Shown here: positions 12,331 through 23,991 of the stretch, one piece after another | Numbering within the stretch: position 1 is the first letter of the stretch | Layout of the letters: the number at the start of each line of letters is the position of its first letter | Assembly: GCF_006345805.1 (NCBI RefSeq) | Contig: NC_042998.1 | Location: forward strand, 39,990,001 to 40,054,000 | Reading direction: 5' to 3' | Origin: Octopus sinensis | Lineage: Eukaryota | Length of the DNA stretch: 64,000 nt | The notes under the pieces: model-generated | What the model was told of the DNA's origin: nothing | The model's input: only the letters and a program-made list of their open reading frames with translations | Databases searched by the model: none | Made by a program: the position numbers and the translations under genes

Positions 12331-13545
12331 CACTTGCAAGCCCTCAAAATTAGGGATACTCAGTTGGAGAGGATTGCAGAGGACAAGCCTGTCAACTTTT
12401 AAAAATACTTGCAAGCTTACAATATATTGTGTAACCAGTTGTAAAATAAAATGCTTTTAAGTGGTCTGAGAAATAATGCATCTTTCAAGTCTTTAGACTG
12501 TAGAGTTAAAGACACTCACCCAAGGTACCAAGAGCTTTGATATTTTTTTACTACATGAATTCAAGGAAAGTATTCATAGTAATAACTTCAGGAATACCAG
12601 GTGCATACATAGGAGGAAAGATGGATAAAATTATTTAGTTTAAATAGACACGGTATGCACTTTAAGAACAACAGAAACAAGTTGAGTAGAAAAGTAGTGA
12701 AGTTTAGCATTTTTCTACTTTATGCAATTCAGAATGACTAAATTAAGATTGCCCTTATTATCAGACATGCTAAAGCCAGAGAGACTTCAACTTCGAAGAC
12801 AGTAAATACTTTTTCTGAAATAAAATTTTTTTAAATGAATAAAAAGCCAGATTTGATGATGCAACCAAGCTTTTAAACAGCGGACAAGGTAGGTTTTACC
12901 GCTGCAAGAGACTCTCGGCTGATATGATGTATTTCATTGTAGGATATTTACTCTTCAGAGGGCATAAGAAATGAGTCACAGCAATGGACGTTAAAGTGAG
13001 GATTGCGAAGGATCCATGAACACATGCAAGAGAATACTCAAGGGCAAAATATGCTGGAAACCGCGTGAAATTCTTATCTTCGTCTGTGTGAAGAACTACT
13101 TTTCAAAGTCAAAAAGAATTGTCGTATCAGTCTTCCCATTTACTTGGTTTTACATGAGAAACTCGAAAAAAATCTCCAAGCACGGCCTATTTGGCATGGA
13201 TCAAAATAGTTTGTATTTACTAACTAGACGTTGATCTATTGAAATTCATATAGAACATGTGATTCTATCATATTGGAATATGTATTTAAGTAAAGCCAGT
13301 TTGTTAACGATTCTCAAACTAACATTATTTACTGCTTTCGTCTGGGAATTTTCAGGTTACAACTAAACGATGCTTGAACCAATGATTTGCCTATTATATA
13401 TCTACAACGAACCTAAATTCACAAAATGTATCGTATAAAATATGCAGCACTCTATTCAATACCTACATATGAGGTTGTGATATATATAGATATTACTACA
13501 GCACTAAATCTAAATAAATTTTAAATTATTGAGCATACACAAATC

Positions 13546-13733
13546 TTATGCACCAAATAACAATCAAGGGGAGAGAACTACGGTATTTCAAAGAAAAGAG
13601 TTTGAAGTGAATGTAACCTTTGACACGGAAGAATGGTTTTTATGCACTAAATAGCAATCAAGGGGAGAGAACTACGGTATTTCAAAGAAAAGAGTTTGAA
13701 GTGAATGTAACCTTTGACTCGGAAGAATGGTTC
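13546..13733. repeat. Two-copy tandem duplication, 94-bp period
   Basis: caatcaaggggagagaactacgg...cggaagaatggtt starts at 13561 and 13655; the copies are nearly identical. Confidence 0.95.
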
Positions 13734-16700
13734 TCGCTGTTAGGCTTTAATGAAGGACTGCCTGGTGCAATCCTGAAATTTGACTCACTACTTTGCTAGT
13801 ACACGTTATATTCAAAACTAAAGAATGCCGTATACGTTTTATACCTAGTTTTGTCGCAATTAATACGTCTCACTGAAAGCTAAATTACAGAAAACCCTGT
13901 CGATCAGTTCATGTACACTATATTTTATAGCAAAAATTCAAAAACGATATTTTCCGATGTACCCTAGAAGTTTCTCAAGCTACAATTTTCGTATTTTCTG
14001 TGTTACATGCTGACTCGTACCAATCATTAACCACAAAACGGTGTTAGCGTCATTTATTACTTAGTTTTACAAAGGTCCATATGCTTTCTACTTGTTGCAC
14101 TCGGGCACCAACCTTCGAGTTAATAAACTCAACGCCGTGGTTGTCCTATGCTAAAATTTATAACCATTAATTTCAGGAATGGATCCTCCACAACTCGATT
14201 TTCCTGGAAAAATCAACTGACATGATACCACATACAGATGAACCTGTCAAGTTACGCGACATACTCTCTTGAAAGCCTACTGCATAGGACTACCAATCTG
14301 AACTGGGCTCAGTCAAGGTCCTCCGCATATTTCACAAACATAGCAGCTTTTGTTACTATGGAATTCAAGACCAATGTGTGTGCAGCTTTCGATTAGCTAA
14401 AATTAACCAAAATTTGCAACGCCATTAACTGTTTATTCATCAATTCATGGGAAAATGAATTTCACTTTCATAATTAGCATACACTAAGTCTGAAATTAAA
14501 TGTTAGAAAATTGAAAGGTGAGCCAAAAGAACCTAAGTTCGTAATTACCTTAGTCTGAACATCCTAAACACGCTACAAAGTGCACTTGTATGCATGTCTT
14601 TCAGAGTTCAACCAAGCACATCCTGTACTAGGGTAAATGCTATCAACCCCACCACCAGAAAAAGTCGTAACAAGAGCTTACCACATCAACACACCAATGC
14701 TAACTGCTTTGTAAACAATACTTTTGCGTCCTGTCAGTTAAATAAAACATCCTCAACGCTGTCTTGAGAATCGATCGTTATCACAACGATCCACTTTGCT
14801 TCTTTCGCTTCGTCAGTCGTAGTTGGTCACCCCAAACGGGGTTTGTCCGACTATCAGCTGCGCCCATCAAGAAGTAACAATTAAATTCTTTCTTTCAGAT
14901 AATTTATATTCGATTTAAAGCAGGTTCTCTTTTGGAGCCATCGCTCTCCTCATGGAAACAATACCCACAGCGGTCCACACCTAATTTTAGGCATAAATAT
15001 TTTACCAATTCATATATACTATGTATCATTTGATATTTACTATACAATTTATATACAATATTATAAAATCTTGACACCGATTCCCTCCTTTTATCTCTCC
15101 GTCGGCCCCAAATACACCAGCGCTCGCCTGGACCCTTGCAACGCCCACTTAGGGAACTTCTGATCGAAAGAAACATTTTCCAGGTCTCTAGACCGCATAT
15201 ACTGTTGTCAGCTTTAATGGTTGCCAAGCCTATATAAGGTAAGACAAGATTCCGACTGACGTTTTATATTACAGCTATGATAACCATATTTAGTTATGAA
15301 AACTAAGAATGAATTTTAGTCAAAAGCTGCGAAAAGCATTTCGTTTTCGAAGACCCTTGGGTGGAATACTGCTTTAAGCTTAAATATAACCATTCTTAAT
15401 TCGACTGATGCAGTTACGCACATCTTGAAAAATGCATCTTTTTTTTTTACATGGAGATTACGAATATAAAATTTAATTTAACCCTCCCCCACTTAATTGC
15501 TTTTGTTTGTCCTAAAGAGAACATATACAAATCGAAATTATATACATACAAAAACATTGCGTTTTATCTATTTGCCTCAAATAATTGTAAATAGAAATTA
15601 AATGCACACCATTTCATGAGAAGCAATATTTAATAAGGGGCGCGAATTTCACCCCCAATTTTCAACTTTTTGTCATCCATGTATTTAATCTTGTCCGTTT
15701 ATTCATATTTGTCAACTATGTGGCGGTCCTATAGAAGAAGTATTTTTAGCCCCAGAAAGACATTCATATCCATCTTTTTATACACTTATCTATATGCTTA
15801 TTGAATTTAAAATTTTGAAAATGTGGTTTTATAATCTCCGACATCAAAGAGTAGTGCAAAACTGCATTAGCCACCCAAAAACTTTTAAATTCAAAATTTT
15901 AAATAGGAGCGGGAATTTAAACAATTTTCATTTTTTTGCATACTTGTAATGTCCGTCATCTAAAACACAGGAACCCGAAAACATTTTCAAACGAATGCAG
16001 CGAAACTGCATTAGCCCCCTTTGCTTTTTTAAATTTGAAGAAAATACTCTGCGTATTTGTACTCTAGTACTGCAATTCACATGACTGGGGAGAAAAAATG
16101 TTTTCAAGTTCGCCTTTTAAACATTTTAAAATACAGACTTCGAATCTTAGGCATAATCCCAGCAATGAGTTTATGGGGAGAAAGATATTGAAAAATCAGC
16201 ACTCCAAACTAGAGTAGGTGTGGTTGAGAGAGGTACTAAAAATTGCAGGTAAATAGCCTTAAATCACACACCAAATTATTTGGGAGCTTTTGTATTATCG
16301 TACGGCATCACGTGTGCAAAGCCAATTCACGAGTTTTCCCCAAAAAATAAAAACTAGGGGATTATATTTTGCTTAAAGCAGAATACTGGACTTTCCCAGT
16401 TAAGGAGAGGCGATTCATTCTATTACAGGCATCTGGGACGTTGCTAAATAAATTTTTTTTAAAATAGAAAACTATCCGTGTTCTCCCACTGCCGCGGTTT
16501 TACCTGAATTCAAGTGACAATCATAAATAATGGATACATACCCAATATACCTGAATGAGATAAATAAGCAACACCATGCGACAATGTAAATTTATTAGAA
16601 CCTCATGTTAAAAAAAACAATTGTCAACAGTTGTAAAAAAGCCACCCTATTATAGACAAGGCAGAACAATTTCAACTGAAAATTAATATCACAGCATTAA

Positions 16701-18946
16701 ACGCCACCATAGCAAGAACACTAGATGGAGCTGGAGCTGTTTCTGACATTACAACAAGTCTTAGTAGTTGATATCTTCAAATTTATGGTAGACCTTTACG
16801 CAGCATCCAGTTCAACCTAACTCAGAAAGAAAAACATTCAGTGAAACCACTGTAGCAAAAGCCCTCAGTCAATTGGTGTAATTGTCATCAGATTTGCATC
16901 AAGAGTAGCAAATATACATTACATCACGGGGCATTAACAAAAACGATTAAACCATATTTTAAATGAGACAAATATAAGTTTCATTGGATGCAACCGCTAA
17001 AAATGTATACAAATTGATGAATATATCTAATCTTGAGAATGAAACATCCAATTTTGAATTTAAAGTTCATTTTACCCTTAAAGATGCAATGCAATAAAAA
17101 TGCGCCTAAAATATCAACACATTTCTCTTAAGATGTGCATGCTAGCAGCGAATAAGCCTATAGGGCGAAGGGCAATGAAACCGCGAAAGGCTACTAATAC
17201 TTGGGGAAAATCAAACATTTCGAACTAATTTTAGCAACATTCTGGTAGTTTCAAATTGTCAGCTCTCATGCTATCCTCAATAAGATCAGTGAGAGAGTTC
17301 AAAACTGTCATCACACAACTATTAACGTACCAGTTCACTATATTTAAAGGACGTAAAGTTAAATCACTTTTTTAACACTTCCTATTCTAAAGCAAGTTCA
17401 TATCCCTATTTACAAAAATCAATCTTTTAAAAAGCCACTCACCCCCTCTTCCAATCACGAGTTCATCGTCTACTACTGCAAAGGATATCGTCAAAAATGA
17501 CGTAACCAAAGTGATACAACTTTTCGAAAAAGAAATGTAATATATGTCTGTAGCGAGATAAAACTTGATATAAGAGGATAGAAAAAATTGAAAAATATAC
17601 TATCTAATTCTGTTTCCAACGTTTAATAATGCGACTAAAAGCTAATTTGGAAATTAATTTTACAAAACTAGAAAAATTCTAAGTCCAGAAACAATCTATG
17701 TTCAGTTTTACAAATTACCGTAAAAACTTAGCCGATGAAAGCGTAAAAATTGAGGTGAGCACTAATCAAAGAGAATAGCCAACTTCAGAAATAGCAGCCA
17801 GAGTGATGGTTTCATTACGATCAAACGGTAATTCCGAATTCATCATGAGAAGGCCATACAAAGTGAATTTGAAGTCACTGAACTTTCTTAGCGCCAAAAA
17901 CACACGTAGCAAAGACATCCACGAGGTTCTCTTGGAAGGAAATAAAATGTAAAAACCCTAATTACAATAAAACTCTAGGGAGTACCAAAAACTGAATGAG
18001 CGACACAACTGAAAAACTTCCAAAAATTCAGACATTGAAAAGGGAACCCACCGTTTTTCTCAGATTTGGTGACTAGGTAATCACTAAAAATCAGTAGACT
18101 GAGAATAATTCATCATAGATCAACGGTGTAAGTTAACAGAAAAATCCAAATTATGGCATTCTTTCGATGTAACTCGACAAAATCAAACTTCATTTCCGTG
18201 GAAGCAAACGACAGTTAGATTGTTTTCTGCTTGAAAATGTAGATTTTACATATACATATGAAACAATTAAGAACAAATATGCAAGGCTTCTTTTTCTTCA
18301 ACTTTAAAACGAGACACTGCTGGTATAATTTCGTTATATCTATACCCCACAACCCACGGAAATATCGTTAAGTGAAGTGCCTTGATGTTGTCGAGCTATA
18401 TCGAAATAATGCCCAAATTATAATCTAAATAGAAACGTTAAGACGTATCATAGAATACAATAAATCACCAAGTGCTTCCGTAAAAATTTGAAATGACCAA
18501 CTCGTCAGTACTGGAAGTCAGAGTTAGAAGATCATATCACTTAAGAGATCATTTGTCCCTATCTAACAAACAATCATCATGCAACCAGTAGCTGATGAAG
18601 TTGGTTTTAACCTAAAATGTACACACGTGAAAGCCTCATGAACATTTTGCCATTAGACAGTGGCTCTTGTCATCACAAAACCATCGATAGTAGCAAATGA
18701 ATGCATCATGTGGCACTATCAACAAAAGGAAATCTAATAAACCTAATAATCTACAGTGGTTCGAATACAAGGGTTTAAATTTTGACTCGACGCTACTTAA
18801 AAAGCACTCTCTATCAAAACCAGCGTCAGATGTAAAGTTCTTCAAAATAATTCAGAGAGATTCCCAACTTTATAGCGATCATCACTCGCATGATTTTCAT
18901 ATTACATCTACCACGTGATAAACGATACGAGATTTACATTAAACCG

Positions 18947-19233
18947 AAGACTATCTAATGATCACCCGATAGGAAACTATGTAGCACAGAGTCCGTAGAA
19001 ATAACCTGAACAAAATATTTCTAAATACAGAACCAAAAACTGAAAAAGCTACCGTACAAAATATTCTACACGTAACAAAATATTTCACAAGACTATCTAA
19101 TGATCACTCGGTAGGAAACTATGTAGCACAGAATCTGTAGAAATAACCTGAACAAAATATTTCTAATAAATACAGAACGAAAAACTAAAAATGCTACCGT
19201 ACAAAATATTCTACACGTAACAAAATATTTCAC
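18947..19233. repeat. Two-copy tandem duplication, about 142-bp period
   Basis: aagactatctaatgatcac...aacaaaatatttcac starts at 18947 and 19089, with several substitutions and a 3-bp indel. Confidence 0.95.
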
Positions 19234-19675
19234 ATACCGATGAAACAAGGAAACGGACCATAACGAGTAACTAGCTGAAAGGAGGAGCTGCGCAGAAAGG
19301 AAGAATGGAAGCAAACGACTCGTATTTATAGACAAGCTAGAGGGCGCTGGTGAATTTTTTTGTCATTGCTGACATCTCGCGACCATATTCTGAAACAAGA
19401 AAAGATAACTGCAATTGACAATTTAGGGAATTGTATTTGATAAATTTTTAGAAATAATAAAGCTGAAGGGGAGATTAAGTGTGTAATGCGTTTGGTTAAT
19501 TGGCGAACATTATGACCATCCCCAAATATAATAACACTTTTTTTTTTTAGTTCCGTTTGAAATAATACTTTATCTTTTTTGTTGTTGCTAAGTTGAACCA
19601 GAAGAATTGATAAAAAAAAAGCATAAATAAAACTGGGAATAGCAGACAGCAAGAATGGGAGATGATAAAAAATTT

Positions 19676-19923
19676 GGTCAATATAAAGACTTTCACTCGG
19701 GAACAAAAAAAAAACTAAACAGCCTGATGGGGGTGTTAACAAGTGTGTGGAAAACGAATATAAAAAAAAAAATGCGCGCTGACGACCTTGGTAGGAGGGG
19801 ACTTTCGGAAAATTCACAAGATCCGATTTTTCATATTTGTTTTTCCACACACTTGTTAACACCCCCGAGGCTGGTTAATTTTTTTTCTTTTTTTGTTCCT
19901 GGTTGAGGATCTTTATATTGACC
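19676..19923. mobile_element. Fold-back/MITE-like element with about 95-bp inverted arms
   Basis: ggtcaatataaaga...gggggtgttaacaagtgtgtggaaaa is mirrored by ttttccacacacttgttaacaccccc...tctttatattgacc around a spacer of about 55 bp. Confidence 0.6.
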
Positions 19924-20176
19924 TTGACTTAACTTTCTTGAATATGCAAAAGCTTTAGGATTTACGACTTTTGTATCTAGTGAAACTTTTTTTTTCCGAA
20001 ACGGTTTTGGAATTTCAATGTTTTGAACATCGGATATCCCGATTGCGCAAAAATGATACACTTTTGAAGTAGTATTACAAATATGGTAAAAAGATAATAC
20101 ATGTGATAATCCTCTTGAGCATAAAACTTGACACTGTAACAATAACAATTATGAAGCGTTATGTATATTAGTAAAA

Positions 20177-20416
20177 GGCGGCGTGCTGGCAGACTCGTTA
20201 GCGCGCCGGGCGAAATGCTTAGCGGTATTTCGTCTGTCGTTACGTTCTGAGTTCAAATTCCGTCGAGGTCGACTTTACCTTTCATCCTTTCGGGGTCGAT
20301 AAATAAAGTACCAGTTTCGCACTGGGGGGGGGGGGGTCGATGTAATCGACTTAATCCCCTTGTCTGTCCTTGTTTGTCCCCTCTATGTTTAGCCCCTTGT
20401 GGGCAATAAAGAAATA
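20177..20416 (+). mobile_element. tRNA-head SINE with conserved central domain (Meta-like) and 14-bp TSD
   Basis: Central ctttcatcctttcggggtcgataaataaagtaccag; flanked by TATATTAGTAAAAG at 20164-20177 and 20417-20430; sister copy at 63704-63939. Confidence 0.8.
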
Positions 20417-21049
20417 TATATTAGTAAAAGCAGGGACAGGCCTACAGAAGTTTGCTCCCCGCCCTCCGACTTTGTTTTCTCATAACTTTCAGGAAAATGG
20501 GTAGATTCTAATAGTATCCGAATTTGTTGTAAAAATGTTTTCTGAGAATGGGAAGAGGAGTGTCGGAAAATTCACACCAGCCAATTTTGTTTGCTCGTAT
20601 CTTTCTGAAAAACCAGTATTTTTAATGAAATTTTCTAAAAAAAACCTTTTAGATTGTGTAGATTACGATTAGATCACCATTTAGTATGAAAAAAAAATGG
20701 TGGGTAGACACACATACATACTGAGATGCATCATAATTTTTTCTCAAAATATCAAGATTCCGTATATATACGGGATTAAACAGAGCCAATTCGTGGAAAT
20801 TTTCGAACATTTGTGGTAAAGATCATCTACTTGTTTGTAAATATGAGTCTTCTTATCCATCCATTTTCTGTCCGTTTTTTTCTGGGAGGGTTGTGTGAGT
20901 AGAGTCCTCAGGTGCCTCCTCCATATGGTGCTATCAGAAATATGACACTTTCCTGCTGGATTCCCAAGTGTAACCAATAACGACTATTGATATTAACTAA
21001 CCCTCGCATACTTCGTCTACCCCAAGTTCACCTGCTGATTGGCTCGTTG

Positions 21050-22000
21050 TGAAGAATTCATCTTGCGATCATTATCTGCGACATTCTTATCACATATCTG
21101 TATTACTGGAGTTGTGCTTTCTCAATGCAGTTCGATCTGGAGAGACACGTTTTCGAATAACGTCACTCCATACCCTTTGTAGAACCCCCATTCCGGCTGC
21201 TTGTATTCACGATCGTACTCCTTAGGTCATCACCCAACATTCATGACCATTGGTGAAAACAGGTACGGAAACTGAATTGAAAATAGCAACTCCGGCTTCT
21301 TTATCAACTTCTCTTTTGGAGATCGAATGCCGAAGCTGGCGAATTACTGTGCCAGTTCAGTCTCTTACCTCCTATCACTCGTATATACAATCCTAAAATA
21401 GTTAAACTTTTCCACTTGCTTTAACGTTATTCCACTAACATATAGAGTACAATGAAGAGATTTTCTTGAGAGGACCAATGTCTGTCTTCACAACACTAAT
21501 TCTCATCCCTATTTGCAACACTCAGCAGCGAATCCATTCAGTTCATGCTGGAGATTGTCTTTTGATGAGCTCCATGTCGTCTGCAAATATCAGCCAACTT
21601 CCTCAACGTCGGCGCATGTCAATTCAGTCCATAAAAATTATGAAAAGGAGAGTAACAATACACTACTCCACCGACGTCCTACACCCATGTTGAAACGTTT
21701 CGACTTTGTACCATTTACCCGAACATTAACATCTGGATATTCATATGTAGACTTCATGGCAACCAGAAGTTGCTCATTAATCTCGAACGCCTTCAAAACC
21801 CTTCCCAGCATGTCCGCAAAACGCGGTCAAATGCCCTTTTGCAAAGCGGGCCTAGTACAAATGTCAGCAAATAAGACCACCAAAGGCTTCAATATGAAAG
21901 GGGGTCGATAAAATGACCATAACACATTATCTATTGAGTGTGTAAACAAGGGACACGTTGAGATCTTAGATAGAGGGGTCCGTTCGAAAAGTATATTTCA
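21050..22000 (-). mobile_element. Decayed RTE-clade LINE, reverse-transcriptase region
   Basis: Minus-strand peptides LGRVLKAFEINEQLLVAMKS, VRVNGTKSKRF, IFADDMEL, LKQVEKFNYF and GHECWVMT, with stops and frameshifts. Confidence 0.75.
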
Positions 22001-22099
22001 GTCTCCATCCAAAGTCGGTACATGTTCTAGGAAGCATGGAGTGGGAGCACAATGGATGCGTGTCATGGGGCGTGAAGCGTGTCCAGAAGGGAACAACCG

Positions 22100-22430
22100 T
22101 TAGTGATTAAGAATTAGAATGTTACAACAAGAACTAATGGAAAATATCAACGCTACTGGCTAGACTTGTATAAGATTTCGTGACTCCGGTACTGTTGATT
22201 TGGATGAAGGGGGGAAACTCCACTATTTAGGTGTAGTGCCAACTATGTCTGCGCAGGCGAGAGTAGGGATACTCACAAATCCCTGGCTGTCGAAATGTGC
22301 AATAGTGTGGATCCTGTTAGGTGGGAGAGTTTGCCTTCTGAAGCTTCGGCCAAAGGAAGGACCGCTGTGGCTGTTATAAGTATATGCACCAAACTGTGAG
22401 GCAAAATACACTTCCAGTAAATTCCCGCCC
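22100..22430 (+). mobile_element. Decayed RTE-clade LINE, AP-endonuclease region
   Basis: Plus-strand peptide DSGTVDLDEGGKLHYLGVVPTMSAQARVGILTNP...GRVCLLKL...VYAPN. Confidence 0.7.
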
Positions 22431-23340
22431 AAACTTTGGTTAGTAGGCTGTTACCTGTTTGAAAAACGTCGGTAGGGGAGGAGTCCTCTTTTTGATAAGA
22501 AATGTCATTAACACCATACATAACCCAACATCACAACCCACAACATGGTGACCAATTATCCTCGCAACACCTGTACAGTATCAGTTTTGATCTATATAAA
22601 TGAGCTGTGGAGTTATTAATAGGGGCAATTGTTTAAATCTGAAATTAGCTCTCTTATGTGGTTGCCGTGGTAGAGACTGAGCATTTGTAGTTTTTTGTAA
22701 ATTATAATTACTGACAGTAATGGCGCTTAGGGTGTTGGATTCGTGAGTGTAAGATTGTGGTTTCGGTTCCTGGACCGGGCGACATGTGTTCTTGAGCAAA
22801 AAACTGCATTTCACGTTGCTCCAGTCCACCCAGCTGATAAAAATGTGTAATCATGTGACAGACCAGTGTCCTGTCCCGGTGAGGAATATATACTCCTCAG
22901 AAACCTGGACACCAGCCCTATGAGTCTATATAACTCTGGAAGGATATTTATTTATTTTTCATTATAATTATAGGTATCCTCCGCGTTTCGGAGACTCTGG
23001 TTACTGCACTTACAGAAACCGTAAAGTATAAAAACTAGTTTCGGAATACGACTAGATATTCAGATCTTGCACGGGGGGGAAACCTGTCTAATATTTCTTT
23101 TCTCAGTGTTAGCTACCTAACGATTCTATTATTTTTTAACATCTTGAAAGTACGACAAAATATCTTGTAGTATTTAGTACTATCGTTTTAAATTCTGAGT
23201 TCAAATTCTACTTTGCCGATACCAGACCGGAACTAATAAATTGTAGTACCATGTAATGGTTCGCGGCAATTTGGGCGAGTGTCATCTTCTATAGCTCCGG
23301 CTGACAAAAATCTTGTGAGTGAAATTCAGAGCTCATCGTG

Positions 23341-23373
<33 letters not shown>

Positions 23374-23509
23374 ATATTCATAGATACACACACACACATA
23401 TATATATATATATTGGTTCGACTAAAGGCGGTGCTCCAGCATGGCCGCAGTCAAATGACTGAAACAAATAAAAGAATATATATATCGAAACACGCGTTGA
23501 GTCGAAACA

Positions 23510-23730
23510 GGAGCAGCTGAAGAAGAGGAATGTTCCTTTTATCTAAGAAGAAGGCACAGGCAGATTACAGCTTGGCACAAGTGATGTCGCAACTCATTTT
23601 TATAGCTAAGTAAACTGGAGCAACCTGAAATAAAGTGTCTCGCTCAAGGTCACAACTCACAGTCTGGTCCGGGAATCGAACTCACCACCTCATGATTGTG
23701 AGCCCGACGTTCTAGTCACTGAACCATTCA
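23510..23730 (-). mobile_element. tRNA-head SINE with CORE-like central domain
   Basis: Reverse complement has ggttcgattcccggacc...ttgagcgagacactttatttcaggttgctccagtttacttagct; related copies at about 22700-22930, 29612-29870 and 44263-44598. Confidence 0.65.
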
Positions 23731-23754
23731 AGAAAATTAACAATTATACATACA

Positions 23755-23821
<67 letters not shown>

Positions 23822-23991
23822 GTATGTGTCTTTGTGCTTGTGTCTATCACCCAGCACAGCTTGACAACCGGTGCTGGTTTGTTTACATCCCTGTAAACTA
23901 GCGGTAAAAGTGCCTGATGGAATAAGTATCAGGCTTTAAAAATCATTAGTTGGGTAAAAACCCTTCCGGGTGGTGTCCCGACGTAGCCACA

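Noticed and set aside
13546-19233. Tandem duplications considered as CRISPR-like arrays
   Set aside because: Only two adjacent copies each, no spacers, no cas genes, eukaryotic context.
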